From contig JBOEGF010000021.1 in the NCBI GenBank assembly GCA_050633305.1, forward strand, positions 50,496-114,495: a DNA stretch of 64,000 nucleotides, written 5' to 3'. The notes beneath the pieces were generated by a model. That model worked only from the letters and a program-made list of their open reading frames with translations, was not told the origin of the DNA and made no database searches. How positions within the stretch are numbered: the first letter of the stretch is position 1; the number at the start of each line of letters is the position of its first letter. This stretch comes from Nannocystales bacterium (GTDB lineage: Bacteria > Myxococcota_A > Polyangia > Nannocystales > Nannocystaceae). This document shows, piece after piece, positions 8,548 through 18,618 of the stretch. The position numbers and the translations under genes are program-made.

Positions 8548-10716
8548 TTACTCGAGTTCCCAATGATAGACGCCGCCGAGGGCCGTCGAGACGGCGACGG
8601 TGTGGCTCTTCGTGAGGTCGACGGACCTCACCGGGTAGGCGGTCGGCTCGAACGATACGAGTTGCGGCATGGACGGGTCGCTGATGTCCACGATGTCGAG
8701 TCCATAGCCGTGGCCTAGGTAGGCTCGGTCGCCATCGATGGCGGCATCGTGCGTCAGGTAGATCTCCCCGTTCTCGAAGGTTGAGAGCAGTGTGGGGGCG
8801 GTCGGGTCGTCAACGTCGACGACGTGGAAACTGCTCGAACACGCGACGATGGCGGTGCCTTGCTCGATGGCGACGCCCGAGGCGTGGGAACAGTCGGGGT
8901 GGGTGTAGTGACCGATGATGGTCGGCGTGTTTGGGTCGCTGATGTCGACGATCCGCATGCCGCCGACGCCGAACGTGGAGCCGTCGGCGAGGAACGCGAG
9001 GTCGCCATGGATCTCAATGTCGAAGGTCTGGCTGGTTGCGAGGGTGGAGACGAGCTGCGGTGAGGTCGGGTCGGAGATGTCGACAACCCGCAGCGCGCCT
9101 CCGTTGGTGGACTCGGCAACGTAGGCGTAGTCTCCGGCGACGGCCACCGCTGACGGAAAGCCTCCGGTGCTGACGAACCCTGCATGCGCGGGCACGGAAG
9201 GGTTGCTGATGTCGTAGACGTGCAGGCCGGAACTCCAGTCCGCGAGGTAGGCGTAGTCTCCCGAGACAGCGACGCCTTCGACCCCGGGTTGGTCTCCGGG
9301 CACCTCCATGCGACCGATGACCTCGAGGGTTGCAGCATCGAGGATGCGCCCGCCGAAGTAGAAGTCTGCGACCAACACGTGCTCGCCCGACACGACAGCG
9401 TCGGTACAGTCGACACACCCCGGCGTTTCGAGCTCGTCGTCCACCGACGCGTCGCCAGAGACGTCGATGGCGAGCAGCCGGCCCAGCTCGGTCATCAGTA
9501 CCAACTCTCCGGAGCCGACGCCGGCGGCGGTTGTTCTTCCGGTTGGGAGGGGGACGACGGCGGACATCGTCACGGCGTCCGTGTCCGACCAGTCGAGCAT
9601 CGAGAGGCCGTCTTCGTGGGGGAGGAATCCGCGCGAACCGTCGACAGCGACCTCGCGGGAGTAGGTCTTGTCCGTGAACAGCGAGGTCGGCAGGTTGATC
9701 TCCGAGACATCGTAGAGAGTGGTTCCGAACCCGCCGCTGGTCACCAGTTGGTCGTCCTGCGTGAACTCCATTCCGATCGGCGTCGAGACGCTCGACAGGC
9801 CCAGGAATGCCAGCGCGTTCGTTCGGTCGAGAGCGCCGACCGAGGTGCCGATGAAGCCGCCCAGCGCGAAGTAGAGTCGGTCTCCGACTGGTTGAATGTG
9901 ATAGATGCCGAACTCTCCGAGCTGGTTGAGGACCACCGGAGCGGTGGGGTCGGTGAGGTCGAACTCAAACACGCCGGCTTCGGTGTCCGACAAGAAGAGA
10001 CGATCGCCGTCGATGGCGACGTCTTCGGGGCGACGGTACGCGCTCGCCGTGTAGGTGATCGTGTCGACCACTGAAGGGGCGCTGGGATCGGAGACGTCGA
10101 CAACATGCAGGCGGCCGTCGAGGTCTTGGTATTCCACCACGTAGGCCAACTCGCCTTGGACGGCGACGGCGTTCACCACCCCGACAAACGGGTCGGTCTC
10201 GCCGAGTTTGGTGACGTTGCTGGGGTCGCTGAGGTCCCAGAGTGTGAGGCGGGGGCCCTGCGCTGCAAACGCGATGCTGCCCTCGACCTGCATGTCGCGA
10301 GGTTGGCCGCCCGCATGTTCGACCTCGACGACCCAGTCGGGTTCCCCCCCCGTGCCGTCGGTGTCGCCGCCCGTCGTACTCTCGTCTCCGCCAGAGGTCG
10401 TGTCGTCGGCGCCGCCCGTAGAGGTCGTGTCGTCAGCGCCACTCCCTGACGTCGTGGTCTCTCCGCCAGTGCCGGAGGTGGTCCCGTCTGTGGTGCCACC
10501 TGCCGTGCTTCCCGATACGCTTCCGCTGGCCGCTGTGGGGTCACCGGTGCCTGTTTCCGCCGCGCCGCCGGACGTTTCACCGTCCGTCTCCCCCATACCC
10601 GCCGTGGCTTCGTCGTCGCCACATGCTGCCAGTGAGGTGGCGAGCGGCGCCGCAATCAGGAGCTGTCCGAGGAGGAGGTTGGGATTGGGGAACGGATTCA
10701 AGCGATTGCGCAACAT
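8548..10716 (-). CDS. LVIVD-repeat beta-propeller lipoprotein
   Basis: Lipobox LAAC, T/G/S-rich linker, many LxVVDISDPxxP and GDYAYVA repeats. Confidence 0.9.
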   Translation of the reverse strand: MLRNRLNPFPNPNLLLGQLLIAAPLATSLAACGDDEATAGMGETDGETSGGAAETGTGDPTAASGSVSGSTAGGTTDGTTSGTGGETTTSGSGADDTTSTGGADDTTSGGDESTTGGDTDGTGGEPDWVVEVEHAGGQPRDMQVEGSIAFAAQGPRLTLWDLSDPSNVTKLGETDPFVGVVNAVAVQGELAYVVEYQDLDGRLHVVDVSDPSAPSVVDTITYTASAYRRPEDVAIDGDRLFLSDTEAGVFEFDLTDPTAPVVLNQLGEFGIYHIQPVGDRLYFALGGFIGTSVGALDRTNALAFLGLSSVSTPIGMEFTQDDQLVTSGGFGTTLYDVSEINLPTSLFTDKTYSREVAVDGSRGFLPHEDGLSMLDWSDTDAVTMSAVVPLPTGRTTAAGVGSGELVLMTELGRLLAIDVSGDASVDDELETPGCVDCTDAVVSGEHVLVADFYFGGRILDAATLEVIGRMEVPGDQPGVEGVAVSGDYAYLADWSSGLHVYDISNPSVPAHAGFVSTGGFPSAVAVAGDYAYVAESTNGGALRVVDISDPTSPQLVSTLATSQTFDIEIHGDLAFLADGSTFGVGGMRIVDISDPNTPTIIGHYTHPDCSHASGVAIEQGTAIVACSSSFHVVDVDDPTAPTLLSTFENGEIYLTHDAAIDGDRAYLGHGYGLDIVDISDPSMPQLVSFEPTAYPVRSVDLTKSHTVAVSTALGGVYHWELE

Positions 10717-10919
10717 GGGGAGACCCTCGTTTGTCGAGAAGACGAAGGCTGAGGCGGTTCGATCACTCCCGTCGCCAGAAAAAAGAAAGAGTGCGCGATT
10801 TGCACCCCCCAGCAGTGATCGGTTCCTGTTGTTGAGCGTCATCTCCGGCGATGGATGTCGGTGATCCACGCCCCAGCCCCCCGGGCTACACTGCTTGCGA
10901 GCCAGAGTTTCCCGTCTCT

Positions 10920-13589
10920 ATGGAGGAGCGAGCCGCAAACGCATCCGATCTCGACCGCGGTGACGTTCTTCCGCTGCGGAAGATGCTCGAGCAGAGGGCC
11001 CGCGATCAATCTGAACTCGCCCTGGCCGAGGCGACACTTGCTCGCGAGTCGGTCCGCAATCGGCTGTTCAACACCGACGCGTCGAACAAGATCGACCGGT
11101 ACTCGGTGATCAAGCGTATCGGTCGTGGTGCGATGGGCTCGGTCTACCTCGCCTACGACGGTCATCTCGACCGCAAGGTCGCGCTGAAGATCATCCGCCG
11201 GGCTTCCGAGGACGACAACGCGTCGCGGAACCTGCTCGAGGCACGGGCGATGGCCCGCGTCAAACACCCGGCCGTTGTCGGGATCTTTGACGTGGGGCGA
11301 TTCGACCGGTGGCTGTTCTTGGCGATGGAGTATGTCGGCGGCCTGAGCGTCCGGCAGTGGCTCTCCGAAGCTCGACGTGACTGGAGGGAGATCGCGGAAC
11401 ACTTCGCGTTCGTCGGCGACGGACTCGCAGCCGCGCACCGGGCAGGAATGTCCCACGGGGACATTAAACTCGATAACCTGCGTTTCAGCAGCGCAGGCAA
11501 ACTTCGTGTGTTGGACTTTGGGCTGGCGCGTTTCGCCGAGCAGTCCGACGGTGAGGCTGGTACGGCAGGGGGGACGTTGGGCTACATGGCCCCCGAGTTG
11601 CTTGCGGGGCAGCGCCCGGGTGGGTTGAGCGACCAGTTTGCGTTCTGTGTGAGCCTTTGGGAGGCGCTCTCGGGCGAGCGACCGTTTCCCGGTCGAAGTG
11701 TCGCGGAGCAGCGAGTGTTTCATCGCGCCAAGCTTCCGGAGCTGCGTGTGTCCGGTGTGGGCAGCTCCGCACTACGAAACTGCCTGCGGCGTGGCTTGGC
11801 CAGGTCTCCGGAGTCTCGTTATCCCAACATGGACCAGCTGCTCGAAGTACTCGGTGCGTCGATTCGTCAGCAGCGGCGGGTCCGACGTACCGCGTCTGTG
11901 GCGGCTGTCGTGGGGGCCTCGATCGGGGTGACCTCGCTCGTTGTGGCGAGGGACGAGCGCCCCTCGTGCGAAGATGTCGCGTCGCTCGAGCACCAGCTTT
12001 GGACTGCCGACGAACGCTCGGCCGTGGCGGGGGCGTTTCTCGGGGATGCCGAACGTCGGACCGACGGTCGTGGTCGGCGGTTGCTGGCGGCACTCGACAC
12101 GTACGCACATCGCTGGGCCGTCCGCTCGAATGAGAGTTGCGAGGCTCGCGATGGGGATGAGGACGCGGCCTCCGCCGAGCTCCTTCAGCTGCGCGTCTCG
12201 TGTCTGGAGGGCGCGAGGACCGGATTCCGGGCGCTGGTCGGGGCGCTCGGCGAGTTGGAGCCCGACGGTGGCCGGCAGATGCTGATGCGCAGCGGTGACG
12301 TGACCGGGGCGCTCGCGGACCCTGCGGCGTGCAGCGACGCGAGCGTGGTCATGTCGCTCGGGGCACCCGCTTCGGACGCTCAGCGAGACGACGTGATCAG
12401 CGTGAGCACCGACCTCACGCTGGCGGAGGTGTACCGGCGCTTGGGCAATCTCGAGCTCGCATCGGAGTTGACCGCGACCGCGCTCGAAGAGGCGGACGCG
12501 CTCCGTCACCCCCCGCTGCAGGCCGCGGGATATTTGGCGCGGGGCCTGCTCCTCGCAGATACCGGAGACATCGAAGCATCGGCGTCTCACCTCCGAATCT
12601 CGTTGGGCCACGCCCTGCGCGGGCAGGACAACGAGACGGCGGCAAAGGCGGCCGAGCAGTTGGCTCACATCGTCGGTTACGAACTCGCGCGGCCGACCGA
12701 AGGCGAACACTGGCTCTGGATCGCAGAGGAGATTCGCTTGGGTCTTCCCGCAGAGGCTCGGGACACGGCTGCGATCAACTCCATCCGGGCGGCGATCCAG
12801 GTTCGCGCCGGTGACTATGAGGACGCGGTCGTCTCGTACACGCAAGCGATCGCCGACACGAGACGGACGAACGAAGCCAAGCAGCAGGACTCGAGTAGCG
12901 ATCCTCTCCTGGCAACACTGCACAACAACCTTGGCAGTGCGCTGAGTCTGTTGGGCCGAGAAGGGCGAGCGCGACGCCACTTCGCGAGCGCGCTCGATAT
13001 CCGGCTTCGGGCGTTGGGCAATGACCACCCGCTGGTCGGGTCCGCGTTACGAAACCTGGGGACCGCAGAGATGGAGGCAGGAGAAACCTCCGCCGCGCAG
13101 GAACACCTCGAGCAGGCGCTGGCCATCCAGGAGCGCGCCTATGGACCGGACAGCCTGCGCACGGTCTATACGTTGACCTCGCTCTCGCGTCTGCACTGCC
13201 GCGCGGAGGAGTTCGAGGTGGGCTTGTCACTCGCGTCTCGGGGGTTGGCGTTGCAGCGCCGTGAGCTCGGCGGTGACCATCCCGTCACCGGAGAGTGTCT
13301 GGCTGTCCTCGCGCATTGCCAGATCGGCGCGGGCCGGCTCGACCTCGCGCGGACCGTACTGGTCGAGCTTTCGGGCGTGACCGAGGCCCACCCGGACGAT
13401 TGGCATCTGCAGATTCGTTCGCTCGACCTGCGGGCAGCGGTGAGCATGGCCGAGGGGAGCTACGCCGCGGCCGCGGAGACCTACGATTCCGTCGCCGCAC
13501 GGTGGCGGGAACAAGGGAGAGAGACCGACGCGGTTCGGGCGAGTTCAGATGCGGTTCGGGCACGCGCTCGGATCGAGCCGGACCCGTGA
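10920..13589 (+). CDS. Ser/Thr protein kinase with TM helix and C-terminal TPR repeats
   Basis: IGRGAMGSVY, VALK, HGDIKLDN, DFGLA, GTLGYMAPE; TM helix VAAVVGASIGVTSLVVA; TPR repeats such as ALDIRLRALGNDHPLVGSALRNLG. Confidence 0.92.
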   Translation: MEERAANASDLDRGDVLPLRKMLEQRARDQSELALAEATLARESVRNRLFNTDASNKIDRYSVIKRIGRGAMGSVYLAYDGHLDRKVALKIIRRASEDDNASRNLLEARAMARVKHPAVVGIFDVGRFDRWLFLAMEYVGGLSVRQWLSEARRDWREIAEHFAFVGDGLAAAHRAGMSHGDIKLDNLRFSSAGKLRVLDFGLARFAEQSDGEAGTAGGTLGYMAPELLAGQRPGGLSDQFAFCVSLWEALSGERPFPGRSVAEQRVFHRAKLPELRVSGVGSSALRNCLRRGLARSPESRYPNMDQLLEVLGASIRQQRRVRRTASVAAVVGASIGVTSLVVARDERPSCEDVASLEHQLWTADERSAVAGAFLGDAERRTDGRGRRLLAALDTYAHRWAVRSNESCEARDGDEDAASAELLQLRVSCLEGARTGFRALVGALGELEPDGGRQMLMRSGDVTGALADPAACSDASVVMSLGAPASDAQRDDVISVSTDLTLAEVYRRLGNLELASELTATALEEADALRHPPLQAAGYLARGLLLADTGDIEASASHLRISLGHALRGQDNETAAKAAEQLAHIVGYELARPTEGEHWLWIAEEIRLGLPAEARDTAAINSIRAAIQVRAGDYEDAVVSYTQAIADTRRTNEAKQQDSSSDPLLATLHNNLGSALSLLGREGRARRHFASALDIRLRALGNDHPLVGSALRNLGTAEMEAGETSAAQEHLEQALAIQERAYGPDSLRTVYTLTSLSRLHCRAEEFEVGLSLASRGLALQRRELGGDHPVTGECLAVLAHCQIGAGRLDLARTVLVELSGVTEAHPDDWHLQIRSLDLRAAVSMAEGSYAAAAETYDSVAARWREQGRETDAVRASSDAVRARARIEPDP

Positions 13590-13627
13590 ACGGGGGAACG
13601 CTCGGCCGCGAGATTCGGTACTCTCGA

Positions 13628-14224
13628 ATGGAGATGGCCTCGGACCTCGAACTCTATCGCCAGTGGCGCGATGGCGATGGCCCGAGCGGCGAGCTGCTGT
13701 TCGAGCGGCACTTCGAGATGGTGTTCTTGTTCTTCCGAACACGGGTCGACCAGGCCGCAGAGGACCTTGCCCAGCAGACCTTCTTGGCCTGCATTCAGGC
13801 CCAGCCTGGCTTTCGCGGTGATGGCTCGTTTCGCGCGTACGTGCTTGCTGCCGCCCGCACACGTCTGTACGACCACCTCCGCAAGACGCAGCGCAGGGGG
13901 GCCCAGGTCGACATCGAGGAGTATTCGATGGAGGACCTGGGGACGACTCCGAGCCAGGCGATCGCGAAAGATGAAGATCGTCGCCTGCTGGAACTTGCGA
14001 TGCGACGACTCCCCATCGCACTCAACCTAGCGATCGAGATGTACTACACGCAGGGGCTACGAGGCCCGGAACTCTCACGAGCACTTGGCGTGCCGGAAGG
14101 AACGGTTCGCAGCCGCATCCGGCGTGCGCTGGCGAAGCTTCGCTCCGAAATGGAAGCGCTGGGTGCCGGCGAGGTCGACGTCGAGCGAAGCACCCGCACG
14201 CTCGACGCCGACGGAACCGAGTGA
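13628..14224 (+). CDS. ECF RNA polymerase sigma factor
   Basis: Sigma2 region AEDLAQQTFLAC...FRGDGSFRAYV; sigma4 region LGVPEGTVRSRIRRA. Lies directly downstream of the kinase. Confidence 0.92.
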   Translation: MEMASDLELYRQWRDGDGPSGELLFERHFEMVFLFFRTRVDQAAEDLAQQTFLACIQAQPGFRGDGSFRAYVLAAARTRLYDHLRKTQRRGAQVDIEEYSMEDLGTTPSQAIAKDEDRRLLELAMRRLPIALNLAIEMYYTQGLRGPELSRALGVPEGTVRSRIRRALAKLRSEMEALGAGEVDVERSTRTLDADGTE

Positions 14225-14369
14225 GCGGGTACCGCGTGCTCCCATCGACGGGCTGCGCGCTCGGCGGACGGCTGGCCACGCCAACGCGTGGCGTTTTCAC
14301 ATCCAAAGGCTGCAATATTATGGTCGCGTAAATATGTAAGTCAAAATACTCTTCTCGGCGACAGTGTTC

Positions 14370-15200
14370 ATGCTTACCGCGTCTCTCGTTCTCGCGTCGT
14401 CCTTTCTTGCCGCCGCTCCAGCTGGGTCGCCCGAGGATGCGGCGCCGTCGTGTTCACTGGTACCCGTCCGCTCGTTCTCGGTGCTGCCGCGCGAGGGGGG
14501 AGCCACCGACGCGATCGTGATCGTCGCGGCGGAAGAGGGGCGCCCGAGCCCCGCCACGGCCACCGTCGATGTCGCGGACGATGCGGGCACACTGGCCAGC
14601 ATCGAGCTGGACAAGCCTGTGCCCGCCCAGATCTTCGAGTTCGGAAGCGCGCCCAAAGCCGGCGTCGCACCCATCGTGGTCGAGAGCGCCACCGGAAGCA
14701 TCGAGTTCGAGGTCGAGCTCCCTCCCGGACCGATCGAGGGTCGCTTCGAGGCGCAGCGGCTCGGCCCTGCGAAGGAGTTTCTGGGAAAGTGGCGGGTCGA
14801 ACTGCTCGCCCGCCGAGGTTTCGAGGGGGCCAGCCCGGTGTTCTCGGTGGTCGTCAGTGCCGCGCGTCCCGAACTCGTCGAAGGCCTGACGGTCAGGCTG
14901 GGCGAGCAGTCGTCCAGCGGGGGGGAAGCCGGGGTGCGTTTCGCGGGGCGCGACAAGACAAAGAGGCGTCGTCGCAAATGCGACTTCAGGAACTCGGACA
15001 TTGTCACGATCAACATCTACGTGAGCGGCAACGATCGTCTGTGGACGGGGAACACCTCCACGGCCGCCGCGGCTGCGGGTCCGGGTCTGGAGGCCGTGGG
15101 CGGCGAGGCGTGTGAAGGGCCCGGTGCGAAGAAATCTGGATCCGGACGGCGCCGGTATCGACGCCATCATTCGCTGATCGACCGCAGCCACGCGAACTGA
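14370..15200 (+). CDS. Hypothetical secreted protein
   Basis: Signal-peptide-like N-terminus (MLTASLVLASSFLAAAPA) and coding-like codons; the C-terminal end looks low-quality. Confidence 0.55.
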   Translation: MLTASLVLASSFLAAAPAGSPEDAAPSCSLVPVRSFSVLPREGGATDAIVIVAAEEGRPSPATATVDVADDAGTLASIELDKPVPAQIFEFGSAPKAGVAPIVVESATGSIEFEVELPPGPIEGRFEAQRLGPAKEFLGKWRVELLARRGFEGASPVFSVVVSAARPELVEGLTVRLGEQSSSGGEAGVRFAGRDKTKRRRRKCDFRNSDIVTINIYVSGNDRLWTGNTSTAAAAAGPGLEAVGGEACEGPGAKKSGSGRRRYRRHHSLIDRSHAN

Positions 15201-15333
15201 AGGAGGACCGACGACCTCGACGCCGACACCGTTTCGCCGGGCCCAGTTTCCGCGATCGGTGAGCTTCCCAAGGCGGCGGAGTCCAAGAGCGTGTCGCACC
15301 GCGCCGCCCTTTTTCGCGTAGGCTCGCCCGGTC

Positions 15334-18195
15334 ATGGCGCAGCAGACCACGGGTGGCACGAGTGCGGGGGGTTCGGACGAGCTGTCGACGGTGATGGGGG
15401 TGGTGCGAGAGCTCGTCGTCGAGGTCAGCGATGGCCGAGGACTCGGTCGCCTGACCTCGAATGTCTCGTTCGAGCGTGAGCTGGGCTTGGGCTCCTTGGA
15501 GCGCGTCGAGTTGGCGGTTCGGGTTGGTGAAGCGATGGGCGTTCGGCTGTCCGAGGATGCGATCTCCACCGCGGATACACCGGCCCAGCTTCTCGAGCAT
15601 GTGATGGCAGCCCGAGGGCACAGCGTCGCCCGTGAGGTTGCGACCGATGGGGCAAGCAAGCGAGCGCTGCTGCCCTCGGAGGCCCCCGCTCCACGTCCCG
15701 AGGACGCGAAGACCTTGGTTGAGGTCATGGAGCATCACATGCGTGTGCAGCCCGATCGGGTCCACATGGTGCTCGAGGATGACGATGGTCGGGCCACCCC
15801 GATCACCTATCGAGACTTGCACCAAGCTGCGCTTCGGGTCGCGGCTGGCTTGCGGAAACGAGGACTCCAACCCGGGGCCTGCGTGGCGATCATGCTGCCC
15901 ACCGAACTGGGCTACTTCGCGTCGTTCGTCGGGGTGATGCTGGCCGGAGGGGTTCCTGTTCCGCTGTACCCGCCGGTCCGGCTCGATCGAATCACCGAGT
16001 ACATGGCGCGGTGCGAGAAGATTCTCGACAACGCGCAAGCGAGTATCTTGATCACCTTCGACCGGGCCGCGCGTGTCGCCGAGATCGCCCGCGATCGGGT
16101 GGCGTGCATCGAACACGTCGTCTCATCGAAGGTCCTGCTCGAGGAGACGGGTGAAGCAAGCAGCGTCCGCGCCGACGTGACGCAGGACGACACGGCGCTG
16201 ATCCAGTACACCTCCGGGAGCACAGGGGATCCCAAAGGCGTCGAACTCACGCACGCCAACGTCGTAGCCAACATCCGGGCCTCCGCCGCAGGGAGTGACC
16301 TTCGCGGCGACGACGTGATGGTCAGCTGGCTGCCGCTGTATCACGACATGGGACTCATCGGCGGCTGGCTGATGTGCTTCTACGGAGGCTCGCCGACGGT
16401 GCTGATGTCTCCGATGGCGTTCTTGTCTCGACCTCTGCGTTGGTTGCAGGCGATCTCGGACTATGGCGGCACGATGTCGGTCGCGCCCAACTTCGCGTTC
16501 GATCTGTGCGTCAAGCGAGTCCCCGCCGATGCGATCGAGGCGCTCGACCTGAGCAGCATGCGGGTGCTGCTCAATGGCTCGGAGCCGATCACGGTCAAGA
16601 CTCTCGACGACTTCATCCAGCGATTCGGACCCGCGGGGATGCGCTCAGGTGCGTTGTTCTGTGCCTACGGGTTGGCCGAGAACATGGTCGGGGTTGCGTT
16701 CCCTCCGGTCGGTCGGGGTCCTCGGATCGATCGCATCGAGCGCGTGACCTTCGAGGAGGCCGGCCGAGCGGTTCCGACCGACGACGCCGACGCGTTGGAG
16801 TTCGTGGGCGTGGGCATGGCCCTGCCGCTGCACGAAGTTCGCATCGTGGATGAGAAGGAGCAACCGGCCGCAGACCGAGTTCAGGGCACGATTCAGTTCC
16901 GCGGACCGTCGTCGTTCAAAGGCTATTTCCGTCGTCCCGATGTGACCGCGGAGGTCCAGCGCAAGGAAGGCTGGGTCGACACCGGCGACCTCGGCTATCT
17001 CGACGACGCTGAGTTGTTCATCACCGGCCGTGCCAAGGACCTGATCATCAAGGGCGGTCGCAACTATTACCCGCATGAGTTCGAGGCCGCCGCCACATCG
17101 GTCGACGGTGTTCGGCAGGGATGTGTCGCCGCGTTTGCGGTCCCCGATCCCAACACCGGAACCGAGCGGGTGGTCGTCATCGCCGAAACCCGCGAGCAGG
17201 ACGACACATCCCGGGAGATGATCCAAGCACACGTCGTGGAGGCCGTGACCGCGGCGGTCGGAATCCCGCCCGACGAGGTTGTGCTGGGCATCGTCGGCGC
17301 GGTTCCCAAGACTTCCAGCGGCAAGATTCGACGCCGCGAGGCCCGTCGCCTCTACCTCGAAGGGACCGTCAACCGCCCCCGAAAATCCGCGGCTCGACAG
17401 ACCGCTGGACTGTTCGCCAAGAGTCTTCCCCAACGGGCCGGGCAGGTCGCACGCAAGGTTGGGGCGGCGGTGTACGGCGGCTATGCGGCGGCTACACTTG
17501 GGACGATCGCGTTCTCGGCCCCGGTTCTGGGGCGTGTCGCGCCCGCTGGAAAGGCCTCTCGGCGCGTGGCAGCGACCCAAGCCAAAGCGGCCATGACCCT
17601 CGCTGGCTTGCGCCCGAAGGCCAAGGGCCTGGAGAACCTTCCCTCTGGGGCTGCGCTCATCGTCGCCAACCACAGCGGTTACCTCGACTTCTTGATCTGC
17701 ACGAGCGCGCTCCCACCTGGGGTTCGTTTCGTGATCAAGGGAGAGATGAGGCAAAACCCTCTGATGGGTCCCGTGCTGGAGAAGATGGGACATGTCTTCA
17801 TCGATCGCCATTCCACCGCCCGCTCGCTGAGCGATCTGGAAGAGGTGGTCGCGCTGCTCGAGGCCGGAGAGCGCGTCGTGGTGTTTCCTGAGGGCACCTT
17901 CAACGCCGAGATCGGGATGCGGGCGTTCAAGCTCGGGGCGTTCAAGCTGGCGGCGCGGACCGGCGTCCCGGTTGTTCCGGTGGCGATTCGAGGTTCCCGC
18001 AAGGCTTTGCGTGACGGAACCTGGCTCCCCAAGCACCGCGCGATCGAGGTCGAGGTCCTTCCCGCGATTCAGCCGGGCGGTGAGACGCTCAGTGAGATCG
18101 TGTCGCTCCGGGACCGCTGCGCCGAGGCCATCGCGGCCAAGATCGACGAGCCTCGGCTGTTCGCCGCGGACATTCGAGTGCCTGGCGCCGAGTAG
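15334..18195 (+). CDS. ACP + fatty acyl-AMP ligase + PlsC-type acyltransferase tridomain protein
   Basis: Carrier motif LGLGSLERVEL; adenylation motifs QYTSGSTGDPKGV, SWLPLYHDMGLIG, YGLAE, TGDLG, PKTSSGK; acyltransferase motifs NHSGYLD and FPEGT. Confidence 0.92.
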   Translation: MAQQTTGGTSAGGSDELSTVMGVVRELVVEVSDGRGLGRLTSNVSFERELGLGSLERVELAVRVGEAMGVRLSEDAISTADTPAQLLEHVMAARGHSVAREVATDGASKRALLPSEAPAPRPEDAKTLVEVMEHHMRVQPDRVHMVLEDDDGRATPITYRDLHQAALRVAAGLRKRGLQPGACVAIMLPTELGYFASFVGVMLAGGVPVPLYPPVRLDRITEYMARCEKILDNAQASILITFDRAARVAEIARDRVACIEHVVSSKVLLEETGEASSVRADVTQDDTALIQYTSGSTGDPKGVELTHANVVANIRASAAGSDLRGDDVMVSWLPLYHDMGLIGGWLMCFYGGSPTVLMSPMAFLSRPLRWLQAISDYGGTMSVAPNFAFDLCVKRVPADAIEALDLSSMRVLLNGSEPITVKTLDDFIQRFGPAGMRSGALFCAYGLAENMVGVAFPPVGRGPRIDRIERVTFEEAGRAVPTDDADALEFVGVGMALPLHEVRIVDEKEQPAADRVQGTIQFRGPSSFKGYFRRPDVTAEVQRKEGWVDTGDLGYLDDAELFITGRAKDLIIKGGRNYYPHEFEAAATSVDGVRQGCVAAFAVPDPNTGTERVVVIAETREQDDTSREMIQAHVVEAVTAAVGIPPDEVVLGIVGAVPKTSSGKIRRREARRLYLEGTVNRPRKSAARQTAGLFAKSLPQRAGQVARKVGAAVYGGYAAATLGTIAFSAPVLGRVAPAGKASRRVAATQAKAAMTLAGLRPKAKGLENLPSGAALIVANHSGYLDFLICTSALPPGVRFVIKGEMRQNPLMGPVLEKMGHVFIDRHSTARSLSDLEEVVALLEAGERVVVFPEGTFNAEIGMRAFKLGAFKLAARTGVPVVPVAIRGSRKALRDGTWLPKHRAIEVEVLPAIQPGGETLSEIVSLRDRCAEAIAAKIDEPRLFAADIRVPGAE

Positions 18196-18201
18196 GAGGC
18201 C

Positions 18202-18618
18202 TCAGGCGTGGCGGAGCATCGAACGCAGCACGGTCAGCTCTGTTTGCGCGCGACGTTGCTCGCCTCTGGAGATGGCCGTGCCCAGGCGTGTGACCGGAAC
18301 CTCCGGGTGTGCGCATGCTCGGTCGTCTTGCTGGCGACCGATCGGGCACTTGGCGCACTGCCAGTCGAGGGTCCGGCACAGCGGCAACACGAGCATCAGC
18401 GCATCGAACGTTTCCGGCCAGTCCGTTGCAAACCACGGGTCGATCGTCCGCTGGGCGATGGAGACGAGCCGGGTCCACTCCCGATGTGACCCGAGGGTCT
18501 TGTCGAGAGACTCGACCTGCTCGGAGGCCACGCTGAGGGCGACCTCGAGCGTTCCACCACGCTCGGTCCAGGCTTCGACGGCCGCATTCGCGGACCGTAG
18601 TTCCGCCCCGGTGCTCAT
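18202..18618 (-). CDS. Small Cys-motif hypothetical protein
   Basis: ATGA overlap with the FMN reductase stop; contains C-x6-C-x2-C-x10-C (CRTLDWQCAKCPIGRQQDDRAC). Confidence 0.65.
   Translation of the reverse strand: MSTGAELRSANAAVEAWTERGGTLEVALSVASEQVESLDKTLGSHREWTRLVSIAQRTIDPWFATDWPETFDALMLVLPLCRTLDWQCAKCPIGRQQDDRACAHPEVPVTRLGTAISRGEQRRAQTELTVLRSMLRHA

Noticed and set aside
15334..18195. Possible ElbD ether-lipid synthase, or in-trans substitute for the missing apeH
   Set aside because: No reductase domain or elb neighbours, and it lies about 28 kb from the ape-like cluster with no evidence of linkage.
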